Shown here: positions 40,343-49,652 of the stretch, one piece after another
Numbering within the stretch: position 1 is the first letter of the stretch
How the letters are laid out: each line of letters starts with the position of its first letter
NCBI GenBank assembly: GCA_965198175.1
Contig: OZ240245.1
Span: 1,088,001 to 1,152,000, forward strand
Length of the DNA: 64,000 nucleotides
Reading direction: 5' to 3'
Origin: Candidatus Poribacteria bacterium
Lineage (GTDB): Bacteria; Poribacteria; WGA-4E; PCPOR2b
Made by a program: the position numbers and the translations under genes
The notes under the pieces: model-generated
Told to the model about the DNA's origin: nothing
Databases searched by the model: none
What the model saw: only the letters and a program-made list of their open reading frames with translations

Positions 40343-41662
40343 TTATCTCAGTGCTTTCCATCTCCACGTTGGGGCTTCTGAATAGGTGAACTGTATCTTT
40401 TCGCCCGGTTCTAAGGTAACTGTCTGTCCAGCGAAAAGTCCGGAGGAGATGGTTTGAGTGCTTGACGGTCGCGGAGGTGGCGGGGAGAGTTGGGGGCGCT
40501 TGAGATTATCCGCCAGGCTTAGGCTTCGCGGATAGGTCTGCTGGGTACTTCCGGCGTCCGTCAAGGTCCAATTTGAAACCGTGCCCGGTGTAAGGATAAT
40601 AACTTGCACGGTATAAGGCGTGGTGTTCATTATAGATTCCCCAGAGGCGGGAACCGGCGGCGTGGAAACATCGAAACCGACGGGCCAGTTGGCAATGATT
40701 CGATTGGTTGGGGTTTCGGCTCTGTTTGTGATACCATTCGGCAAATTGAAGGCGAATACGGTGTTGTCTCGGGCATCTGGCTCAAAAACAATGTCGTGTC
40801 CGGGCGCACGTTTACCATAAAATGATAGGTTCAGCAAGTTCCGCTGCGCGAAGATGTCCACCCCGATTGCTTCTTCCGGTACAAAATCTTCAGCTGTAAC
40901 GTACCGTCCTGTCTGCTGGTCCAAATGCACACCTTTCGGTGCATGATATGACATCTCAAAACTGTTATGAACTATCTTCGTCGACCCAGGGTCCCCCAAT
41001 CGAAGACCGGTGCACCTCTCCCTTGCGTGGTATTGATTGCCATATCTCACATCTATCTGATTGTTACTAATCCAGTGTCCCGTGCCAGCGCCGTCAGTCA
41101 CATGAACTGCAGTACCCATCGAGTTTGTCTCTTCAGCGACAATTTTGCTGTTGATAATTAACCCTTTGGAGGAGTCTATCAACATCGCGGTACTATCGGG
41201 ATGATGTGAGACAATCGCCGAAAAATCAAAAATGCTGGCGGTAATAACAACGAAATCGTCGGGGCCCGGCGTTTCAGGCTTAATGCAAACCACAGCGTCA
41301 CAGGATTGAGAACCGATGAGTCCAAATTTGTACCGACAATTCATCTGGCTGTCAATCTGAATTGCGTGCCCGGTACTTTTTGTATACGATAATACGTAAT
41401 TTCCACCATCAACTTTGAGGTCCTGGCTCCAGGGAACTCTTAGTGTCTCATCCAGCGTATAAACGTTATCCGGTAACCCTTTTCCGTCGTGCATACCACC
41501 TCTGCCGCCGAAAATGTGAACGTCTCTACAATTTTTGTGCGCATAATCAATCGCTTCTTGGATTCCGCTGGTTTTCGTCCCCGGTGTGTTGGGACCAAAA
41601 TCGCCGTCATCGTCGGGACCTTGTAGTGTAACAAAAATATAAGGTTTACGTCTGTTGCTCAT
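40343..41662 (-). CDS. Hypothetical protein, probable beta-helix with C-terminal beta-sandwich
   Basis: AGGAGG RBS before ATG 41662; DFGPNTPGTKTSGIQEAIDYA N-terminus, Asn/Gly-rich beta-strand pattern, LEPGEKIQFTYSEAPTWRW tail. Confidence 0.7.
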   Translation of the reverse strand: MSNRRKPYIFVTLQGPDDDGDFGPNTPGTKTSGIQEAIDYAHKNCRDVHIFGGRGGMHDGKGLPDNVYTLDETLRVPWSQDLKVDGGNYVLSYTKSTGHAIQIDSQMNCRYKFGLIGSQSCDAVVCIKPETPGPDDFVVITASIFDFSAIVSHHPDSTAMLIDSSKGLIINSKIVAEETNSMGTAVHVTDGAGTGHWISNNQIDVRYGNQYHARERCTGLRLGDPGSTKIVHNSFEMSYHAPKGVHLDQQTGRYVTAEDFVPEEAIGVDIFAQRNLLNLSFYGKRAPGHDIVFEPDARDNTVFAFNLPNGITNRAETPTNRIIANWPVGFDVSTPPVPASGESIMNTTPYTVQVIILTPGTVSNWTLTDAGSTQQTYPRSLSLADNLKRPQLSPPPPRPSSTQTISSGLFAGQTVTLEPGEKIQFTYSEAPTWRWKALR

Positions 41663-41739
41663 CCTGTTACCTCCTAGTAGAAATTGTGGACAATTTTCTC
41701 CTGCTCGCAGCGTCGACAAACAGCATGAAGAGTACATCC

Positions 41740-42396
41740 TCATCTGTGCTCAATGGTCAAGCGTTCCGATTTTAGTTTTGGCATCTCAAGATACGACATG
41801 AGTCCATCAGCTGGGATGCCACCATGTCGTCGAATCTGTGGGGGCGACACCGAGAGATCCAAGACCGTTGAAGCAGTCCGTGTAAGCGTCTGTCCACCGT
41901 CCAAAATCAGATCGATGAGATTCCCAAGTTTGTCGCGCACTTCCTGCGTTGAGGTTGCTGGCAGTTCATCGGATTTGTTCGCGCTCGTTGTCGCAATTGG
42001 TCTACCGAAACGGTGTAACAGTTTCAAGGCAAGCGTATGATTTGGCATACGTAAACCTACTGTCTTCCCACCGGCAGTGACTTCAGGCGGTAGGTTTTTC
42101 GCCTCGACAATCAGGGTCAACTCACCCGGCCAGAATCGATCGGCGAGTTGAAAGAAACACTTCGGCACGTTCTGAGCGACGTGCTCGACATCACCAATCG
42201 ATCCAAGGAGGATAGGGATGGGTTTATCAATGGGGCGTCCTTTAACCTGATAGAGTTTGCGTACAGCTTCCGGCTGACCTGGATGGACGCCGATACCATA
42301 TACCGTATCGGTCGGAAAAGCGACTACCCCACCGCGGTTCAGAATCGAAACGGCTCGATCAATGAGTGAATCCTTGAATGGGGCCTTAAAAGACAT
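41740..42396 (-). CDS. tsaC: L-threonylcarbamoyladenylate synthase (Sua5/YrdC)
   Basis: GGVVAFPTDTVYG, KGRP..KP, FWPG.LT, TSANKS, STVLD. Confidence 0.94.
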   Translation of the reverse strand: MSFKAPFKDSLIDRAVSILNRGGVVAFPTDTVYGIGVHPGQPEAVRKLYQVKGRPIDKPIPILLGSIGDVEHVAQNVPKCFFQLADRFWPGELTLIVEAKNLPPEVTAGGKTVGLRMPNHTLALKLLHRFGRPIATTSANKSDELPATSTQEVRDKLGNLIDLILDGGQTLTRTASTVLDLSVSPPQIRRHGGIPADGLMSYLEMPKLKSERLTIEHR

Positions 42397-42448
42397 AGAA
42401 AAGTAATAAACAAGTAATTAATGTAGACTTTTTTATCCATAGAGCATC

Positions 42449-43447
42449 TCACGCAATAGAACTTACCGCATAGGCGTTGAGATCGAACTCATCTCTCAAT
42501 CCTTCCCGATACTTGTGATAGCCAATGCCTGCAATCATCGCGGCGTTATCGGTGCAGAGTTGAATCGGTGGGAAGTAAACCTTTACCCCAATTTCCTCCC
42601 CCATTTCGCGCATGGTTTGGCGAAGTTGGCTATTTGCCGCAACTCCACCCGTCAACGTGATTGCCTTTGCGTTTCTCTCCCTCGCTGCCCGAATAGTCTT
42701 TTGTACAAGCACGTCCACCGCGGCTGCCTGGAAACTAGCTGCGATATCCTCGATTGGCGGCAACTTCGCCGTCGCTTTGTCCACAAAATATCGGACAGCG
42801 GTTTTCAGTCCACTGAAACTAAATTGATAATCGCCGCTGTTAAGAAGCGGGCGTGGAAAGTCAATTGCTGTGTGCTTTCCCTTCTTCGCTAGCTCATCAA
42901 TAATTCGACCACCGGGAAAACCAAGTCCAAGGTATTGAGCGACTTTGTCATAAGCCTCGCCGGCGGCGTCATCCTGCGTGCTACCGAGCAAGCTGTATTT
43001 ACGCCCTTCGTGTATTTCAATCAGCAGTGTGTGTCCGCCGGCAACGGTCAGGCATATATTGGGGAAAAGCAGATCATCGTGTGCCATGAAGTTTGCATAA
43101 ACATGACCCTCGATGTGGTTAATCCCCATAAACGGGAGATTATAACAGTACGCCAACGATTTCGCAGCGGAGAGACCCACGAGGAGCGCACCGATTAAGC
43201 CGGGGCGATTTGTTACAGCAATTGCTCCGATATCCTCGAACGAAATGCCCGCATCAGTCATCGCTTGATCGATGATGTAGTTAATTGATTCGACATGTTT
43301 TCGGGACGCAAGTTCAGGAACAATCCCACCGTATTTCTGATGCAGGTCAACCTGTGAAGCGACGATGTTGGAGAGGATTTTTTTACCATCAGCGACAACT
43401 GCAGCCGCGGTCTCATCACACGAAGTATCAATGCCGAGGATGTTCAT
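42449..43447 (-). CDS. tsaD: tRNA threonylcarbamoyltransferase
   Basis: GIDTSCDET, GGIVPELASRKH, HIEGH, DDAAGEAYDK, FSFSGLKT, GGVAAN, TDNAAMI. Confidence 0.97.
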   Translation of the reverse strand: MNILGIDTSCDETAAAVVADGKKILSNIVASQVDLHQKYGGIVPELASRKHVESINYIIDQAMTDAGISFEDIGAIAVTNRPGLIGALLVGLSAAKSLAYCYNLPFMGINHIEGHVYANFMAHDDLLFPNICLTVAGGHTLLIEIHEGRKYSLLGSTQDDAAGEAYDKVAQYLGLGFPGGRIIDELAKKGKHTAIDFPRPLLNSGDYQFSFSGLKTAVRYFVDKATAKLPPIEDIAASFQAAAVDVLVQKTIRAARERNAKAITLTGGVAANSQLRQTMREMGEEIGVKVYFPPIQLCTDNAAMIAGIGYHKYREGLRDEFDLNAYAVSSIA

Positions 43448-43545
43448 CTGGAACCTTTACTCGATGCCTATTTCCTCTAGTTTATTAGCGGTGAAGCATC
43501 ATCGAAGGTACGAATCAAGTCGATAGTTGGCTCTTATGTAAAGCT

Positions 43546-45393
43546 TTACTGCATCCCTTGCATGCTGCTTTCAAAGGTTGTCAACATATCAACTAGTACC
43601 TTAAAATCAACGAGCGAAATAAACAGGTTCGCTTCAACGCCGCCTGCGCGACCTTGACCGGAGATACCGATGCTGTAGGTCTCAGGCATATTACCCAGAA
43701 ACATCATCACCATACCGGCGCTAGGCTCAATTTGCGCAGCCAACTCTACAGTACGTTTAATCGCCGTGATAGGGGAGATTGCCAAAAGGAGATTGTTCTT
43801 CAGGGTTAGTGCGCCGGTGATTTTGTCATAACCCGCAGCATTATCGAAGCCTATCCCTATACCTGCGATTCGATCGAGAGCATCCCTGACCGGCTGAGCA
43901 TTAGCGCCCATTGCGTAGATTAGTTTTCCATTTGTAATAGCGTAGTAAATGTTCAATTCTTTCGGCACGAGTCCTTCCAGACCTTCCATTTCTGGTGAAG
44001 TCTGAGCGAAAAGAGAAGGAATGTTCGGCAATGAATAGTGTTTAATCTCCACACCGTTGTATATCTCAGACGGTCCCACTGATGCCTCCGCGTAGATGTT
44101 CGAGAACTCGTCAAACCCCATCGCGCGCAGCATGAAATTAGAGGTAGCAAGATAGGAGAGATAATCCTCATCCATGAAACGTACTAGCTTGTCTTCGTTG
44201 GTCACATCATAAATGTTTAGTGTGTTGGGCATCAAGCTGCCACTGTATTCGACCGAAAAAGCCACTTCTTCACCCAATGGTTCGTAGAACTTTGTCGTCA
44301 ATTCGGTAAATTCCTGCGTTGCTTTTTCACTTTCTCCTCCATCGGCTTCTGCATCTGACGAACTGAAGAATGACATCATGCCTGTGCCTAACTTAATCAA
44401 GGTCTCTTTTTGTAATCGCATCGCTCCATTGACCATAGCTTGCTGCGGAAGATATTTGAGCTGTGTCAGGTTCACCTGCGCCGCATGAATGTATTCTTGA
44501 ATTTCGCTGTCGCTCTTGAACTTCAGGACAGGTGAAATCTGCAAATCGCCCTCATTGAGTTGGAGTGTGAAACTCAGTGCATCGGCTTGATCGAGCACCC
44601 AGTTAACCCCATCAACCATCTTTGTCGTAATCGCTAGACTCGGCGCGAGTTGCGGGGTCATTTCACCCACGTCTTGCATCCCTATTGCCATCACATCCAC
44701 AAAGTCCGTCAGCCATTCACGAATGACTGGCGTAACTGATTCCATTGCGACATAGCCAACGAGATCGTTAATGCCAGATTTCCTATCGAGTTCAAACGAG
44801 GTGTAGGCGACATCCTTAGCAATTGAAGGCATGGCGTTTCTATAGGTATCAATGGCTTTTTCACAAACTTCCGCGGAACCCGAAAAGACGATGAAATCTC
44901 CCAAGGGTACAAACATGGCTCCATCACTTGTTATGTAATATGGCATATCATTATGGGTTACCGACCTACGGTCCATTGATTCAGTTTCGATAAGCTGTTG
45001 AACCATCTCCGGATCCTTCAAGTAAGCGGCGGCAGAGGGAACCGAGGGATTCACACCGGTAAAAAATATAGCAAAGTTTTTGCTTAAATCAAAAAAGCCG
45101 AGCTTCTGCAGCATTTCAAACTCCGCCCCGAAAAAATCTACCAATCCCATTGCGAGGTCTTCCTGCGGCGGATTATTTGGCGCCAACTCCGCGCAGAGGG
45201 CGTTGATTTCATCGTTTAACCCCTGAAAACTAGAGGCGTAAACGAACCCAACAACGTCTGCAGGAATGACGTCCAAAACGTCCTCAAATTCCTTGGGAGT
45301 ACCAACGGCAACTTCCTTGCCGCCGCACCCGAATAGCACTATCAAAATGGACAGAGTCAGGTTTACGGTTGCTGACAACACGTGCCTTTTCAT
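43546..45393 (-). CDS. Large hypothetical lipoprotein (DUF3352-like)
   Basis: Lipobox ILIVLFG-C; 615 aa; GAGGAG RBS. Confidence 0.7.
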   Translation of the reverse strand: MKRHVLSATVNLTLSILIVLFGCGGKEVAVGTPKEFEDVLDVIPADVVGFVYASSFQGLNDEINALCAELAPNNPPQEDLAMGLVDFFGAEFEMLQKLGFFDLSKNFAIFFTGVNPSVPSAAAYLKDPEMVQQLIETESMDRRSVTHNDMPYYITSDGAMFVPLGDFIVFSGSAEVCEKAIDTYRNAMPSIAKDVAYTSFELDRKSGINDLVGYVAMESVTPVIREWLTDFVDVMAIGMQDVGEMTPQLAPSLAITTKMVDGVNWVLDQADALSFTLQLNEGDLQISPVLKFKSDSEIQEYIHAAQVNLTQLKYLPQQAMVNGAMRLQKETLIKLGTGMMSFFSSSDAEADGGESEKATQEFTELTTKFYEPLGEEVAFSVEYSGSLMPNTLNIYDVTNEDKLVRFMDEDYLSYLATSNFMLRAMGFDEFSNIYAEASVGPSEIYNGVEIKHYSLPNIPSLFAQTSPEMEGLEGLVPKELNIYYAITNGKLIYAMGANAQPVRDALDRIAGIGIGFDNAAGYDKITGALTLKNNLLLAISPITAIKRTVELAAQIEPSAGMVMMFLGNMPETYSIGISGQGRAGGVEANLFISLVDFKVLVDMLTTFESSMQGMQ

Positions 45394-45544
45394 GATCTTT
45401 TTCTCCTCACTAATGAGTTATACAACCTTCCGTTTAATTGATCTTGACAATTATGGAGTCTGATGCTGCGCGGAATCCGCGAACTTAGACTTAATGACTT
45501 CCTCAAACTAATTCCTGCACTCGTTCCAAAAAATGTGCTTGCGT

Positions 45545-46648
45545 CTACGCGGAGGTGTTGTGAACCTTAATCGCTTCAATATTCTCCGCGAATCTCTCAA
45601 TCTCTGCGTTAGTGGTGAGCACACCGATTTCCACCTCATAGTGCCTGCGTCCGCCAGGTTCGATATACTGCAATGTGCCCTGTTTTCGCTCTTTCGCACG
45701 TCCCTCAACCCAACAATTGGCGGGTTCCAAGCCGATGACATACGTCCCTTCACCGTTCATTTTCCACTGGTTAAATTTGGGGAGTTGGGTCTTGTGATAC
45801 CTTATGTATAGCCCAAACCCTTGTCCGTTGTTGAACGATCGATTCGCGAGCGCGACATGAATGTGGTTATCGTAATCCGCCTGCATCTCATGATAATAAA
45901 CCTGTTGACCAAAATCGACTGTTGGCGGCTCACACCGGGCGTGATTGTTCAAGCCTTCGGCGGAATGCTCATCAATTGGAAGGACTTCGGTCGATGGCGC
46001 AAGCAACTCAGTACCTTCAGCTACAACTGGAAATCCAGCGTTGATATGGAAGAGGTACATGTGAGGCGTATCTTGATAGCCGAGGTTTTCAACAACGTCT
46101 TCAATGTGTAGACTCGTTGCACCTAGTTCCGTCCAGATACGGCGGGTTCGACAGAGCTTTCCGCCAAAAACTGTCGTCTCAGTCACTTTGCCCTGTGCCC
46201 ATAAGGTATACCTGTTGCCCTCCCAACGACTATCTACCCAGACGTTCTTAGAAGGGATATAAGAGATGCGTCCGTGCTGCCCTAGATCCTCTCCTTCATC
46301 CTCACAAGGTGCACCAGCATACATCATACCGCAGGTTGTCAGCAAACCTCCGAAAAACCCTCGCAGCCAACCGAAACCTTCCGGTTCGTAATAAGTGGGA
46401 GCAACATCTCCTGTACTCGACCTCCAGCTTAATGGGATGTCCTTGTACGATGCATAAGAGATATCCAATCCTCGATCCAGCAAAACGGTAAAATTCAATC
46501 CGGCCCCTGTCCAAAAATTGACCGCCTCAACTCCCTTTTCATTGCCTTCTGTAAATTCACATTTTTTGACTCCGGCAATCTGCGAAATATCACCGACATG
46601 ACGAAGCAATTTGAACCTGTCGTAATCTCTCCCATATAGGTTAATCAA
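45545..46648 (-). CDS. Aldose 1-epimerase-like protein (DUF4432)
   Basis: LDRGLDI, GGLLTTCG, HGRIS, HINAGFP, QWKM..GTYVIGLEP. Confidence 0.88.
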   Translation of the reverse strand: MINLYGRDYDRFKLLRHVGDISQIAGVKKCEFTEGNEKGVEAVNFWTGAGLNFTVLLDRGLDISYASYKDIPLSWRSSTGDVAPTYYEPEGFGWLRGFFGGLLTTCGMMYAGAPCEDEGEDLGQHGRISYIPSKNVWVDSRWEGNRYTLWAQGKVTETTVFGGKLCRTRRIWTELGATSLHIEDVVENLGYQDTPHMYLFHINAGFPVVAEGTELLAPSTEVLPIDEHSAEGLNNHARCEPPTVDFGQQVYYHEMQADYDNHIHVALANRSFNNGQGFGLYIRYHKTQLPKFNQWKMNGEGTYVIGLEPANCWVEGRAKERKQGTLQYIEPGGRRHYEVEIGVLTTNAEIERFAENIEAIKVHNTSA

Positions 46649-47116
46649 ATTATTCCTCCCCTATGAAGTGCAAATCGTTAAGATGGAAGTTGCAACAGTT
46701 CGAGCAAATTACAGTTCATGTTCGATTGCTCATTCTCACAAAGCGCAAAATCCATCTTCGAGTAAACAAGTTCGTGTCCGTTAACCACCGTGGCGATGGA
46801 TGTCAGTAGATTGACGTTTTAAGTGCTTGCCGAAACGACAGTATTGTTCGCGCAAAGTAGCGCAATGATTGTAGGGTTCTGATGCCTGTTGAGGAAATGC
46901 CTATTCTGCGAATGTAGTGAGGTTGAATCTGTACGGTTTTTACTTAGACAGTATATCACACCACATATGCAAACTTCAACGCGAAAAGAGGCGATTTCAT
47001 CTGAAGTATATCACAAGCGGATACCGAAATAACTGTAGGATTTAGAATCGTAAGGGAGAATTGCTGAAAGAAATGTGTTTGGGTGAGTCCATTCCACAAA
47101 GTGCAGGGAAAACTGA

Positions 47117-47145
47117 TTGACATCGTTTAGTTGGCTTGCTAAAAT
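47117..47145 (+). promoter_or_regulatory. Sigma-70 promoter for nusB operon
   Basis: TTGACA-17-TAAAAT with extended TG. Confidence 0.65.
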
Positions 47146-47193
47146 GTAACTTGAATTGCTGGGAATCCGAAATGTCGTAATGAATGAGCGATT

Positions 47194-47637
47194 ATGATGA
47201 GACCGCGCACGCAAGCAAGAAAATTGGCGCTTCAGATATTATACCAGGCAGATTTGACAAATGATCCAATCAATGATGTCCAAGAGCGTTTCTGGAAAAC
47301 GACGAATGCTAATGAAGAGGTTAAGACCTTTGCGAATCTTCTTGTTGAGGGCACGCTGGAGCACCTTACTAAAATCAATCTGGCGATTCACAAAGCGGCG
47401 GCAATCAGTTGGCCGGTTCATCGAATGCCCGTTGTTGATCGTTGCCTCCTGAGAAGTGCAACCTATGAAATCCTTTATCTCGCCGACATTCCTTCTGCGG
47501 TTTCCATTAACGAATCAATCGAACTTGCCAAGAAATATAGCACGGAAGATTCGCCCAAATTCATTAATGCGGTTCTAGACAAGATTAAAGACATGGCAAG
47601 TAGTATGGTTGATTTGGAACATTTACACACGAGTTGA
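47194..47637 (+). CDS. nusB: Transcription antitermination factor NusB
   Basis: RTQARKLALQILYQ, RMPVVDR.LLR, VSINESIELAKKYS, FINAVLD. Confidence 0.95.
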   Translation: MMRPRTQARKLALQILYQADLTNDPINDVQERFWKTTNANEEVKTFANLLVEGTLEHLTKINLAIHKAAAISWPVHRMPVVDRCLLRSATYEILYLADIPSAVSINESIELAKKYSTEDSPKFINAVLDKIKDMASSMVDLEHLHTS

Positions 47638-47645
47638 GGTGAGCG

Positions 47646-49469
47646 TTGACACAATTTCGCAATGTATTTTGGATTCTAATTGCGAGTCTGTTGATTCAAT
47701 CCATTGCATCTACACACCAAGAAGTTAAGTTCGTCAAGGAATTTGGTGGAAAAGGCAAACAGACAGGTCGATTTGGCGAGACCGTCTTCATCGCGTTCGA
47801 TCGGAATGGAGGTATTTATGTTACAGACACCGATAATTCAAGAATTCAAAAGCTGGATGCCAACGGACATTTCCTCTTTGAAATCAAGTCAACCGATTCA
47901 GAGAAATTCATCTTTATAAACCCGACAGATATTGCAGTTGGAGAAGACGGATCAATTTACGTCATGGATTGGATTATCACACAGATTGAGGATAGTGAAA
48001 TTCTCCATGATGATAGTGGAGGTGCGGGGCGCCCCAAAATTTTTAACTACGGTCCTTGTGTCCACCGATTTGACTCGAATGGAAATTTCATGGTGAGCTA
48101 CCCTATCCAAGATTTTAGCAAAAGGATCCAGTCGCTGGAAAGGGCAGTGCCGGGGCTTGACGCTGAAGGGAACTATGCACTCGTTATTCCTCAAGGCGAT
48201 ACAGAGCGTTCTTTTCTACTAGCAGTTGACAATCAGGAAAATTTATATATTTTCGATGCTGGGAAAATCCACAAATTAGCAGCGAATAATCAATCTGTGA
48301 CAACATTCAGCACTGCTCAGCCGCGTGTGGGGCAGGTACTGAAAGCCGCTGATATGACTGTAGACCATCGGGGAAATCTTTACATTGTTGATGAAGCGGC
48401 GCATCGTGTGTTGAAATTTGATGCAAATGGTCAGTTTTCGCTATCCTTTGGCGAATATGGCGATCGGGGTGGACAGTTTATCTCTCCTTTCCATCTCATA
48501 GCCCTAGACGATGGGACAGTTCTTGTTGCAGATAAGGCAAAATATAAGAAGGATTTTGTGTCTGATTTACCGAGGCGGCTGTACGATCCTTTTCAGTTTG
48601 GTGGATATCCTTTCCGCGTCTTTCGTGCGCGGTTTCGATGTGTACAACGATTCTACACCGATGGTCAATTTGCGGAAAGAATTCTGATTCGTTTTAGGCG
48701 GGAGAATGAGGTACAGGCACATCTCCGACTCAAAGGCATCGATTATAGCGGGAACCTTTATTTCATTGATACCGAAACCTTAAAGTTTAGACAGTTTGCC
48801 CTGACTTCTGCCTTGATTGCTTCCGCATTCCAAACAGAAGTCAAGTTGCGATACGCTGTGAATGTCGAGGATGTCGAGATAGATAACCGGGATGATTTGG
48901 ATGCCGATCTCTTCAACAAAGCCGATTTTGATGGGCGTGTAACGCTCCATCGCGCCGGTGTGGAGACTACGCTGGCTTATGATTTCGATGAAGACCTACG
49001 ATTTGCCATCTCCAACGACTTGGTGTACTACAAATCCATTGATGAAAGTTTTTACCGCGCGAGAGATTTTGAGGACTTTCGAGGAACTTTCAATCAGGAC
49101 GATGAATCCACTGACGAAGTTTGGGAAGATCGTGTGCAATTTGACGCTACGCTCATCCGAAGTCATAATCCCTACACTTACCGAGAAGCCTCGGCATTTA
49201 CCTACTTCAATATCATACGGACCGACTTCATTAATGAAGCATTTGATCCGCAGAACTTCCGATTTTTTGACTTCAGAGCGCGTCTGTCAGATTGGGGCGC
49301 TGGTCTCCGATATGACCTCAGCAAAGCATTTCGTCTTGATTTTTCAGTCGCCCACTTCTTCGGATATAACGAATTTACCTATATCGACGAAACAAACGTT
49401 CTGTATGCAACAGGCTTTCAGCAGGGTGATGAAACGAGCGCTGTTCTAATGATTAACGGGGTGTTTTAA
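47646..49469 (+). CDS. Secreted NHL-repeat protein with probable C-terminal outer-membrane beta-barrel
   Basis: Signal peptide; GGIYVTDTDNSRIQKLD and GNLYIVDEAAHRVLKFD NHL repeats; aromatic-rich alternating C-terminal half ending in F. Confidence 0.75.
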   Translation: MTQFRNVFWILIASLLIQSIASTHQEVKFVKEFGGKGKQTGRFGETVFIAFDRNGGIYVTDTDNSRIQKLDANGHFLFEIKSTDSEKFIFINPTDIAVGEDGSIYVMDWIITQIEDSEILHDDSGGAGRPKIFNYGPCVHRFDSNGNFMVSYPIQDFSKRIQSLERAVPGLDAEGNYALVIPQGDTERSFLLAVDNQENLYIFDAGKIHKLAANNQSVTTFSTAQPRVGQVLKAADMTVDHRGNLYIVDEAAHRVLKFDANGQFSLSFGEYGDRGGQFISPFHLIALDDGTVLVADKAKYKKDFVSDLPRRLYDPFQFGGYPFRVFRARFRCVQRFYTDGQFAERILIRFRRENEVQAHLRLKGIDYSGNLYFIDTETLKFRQFALTSALIASAFQTEVKLRYAVNVEDVEIDNRDDLDADLFNKADFDGRVTLHRAGVETTLAYDFDEDLRFAISNDLVYYKSIDESFYRARDFEDFRGTFNQDDESTDEVWEDRVQFDATLIRSHNPYTYREASAFTYFNIIRTDFINEAFDPQNFRFFDFRARLSDWGAGLRYDLSKAFRLDFSVAHFFGYNEFTYIDETNVLYATGFQQGDETSAVLMINGVF

Positions 49470-49652
49470 TCAGCAGGAAGTTAAAAACTCAGTTTAACCA
49501 ATGTCTCTGCTTACCTTCTATCGTTCCATTTCAAGGCATCTCAAAATGGTAGCGTTATACCCGTTCACAAATGACTTAGCGATGTATTGTGATTAGAAAG
49601 GTGTTTTCAAGGGGGCGCGATGCGGAGTCAATCTACAATCCACAGTTGGTAA

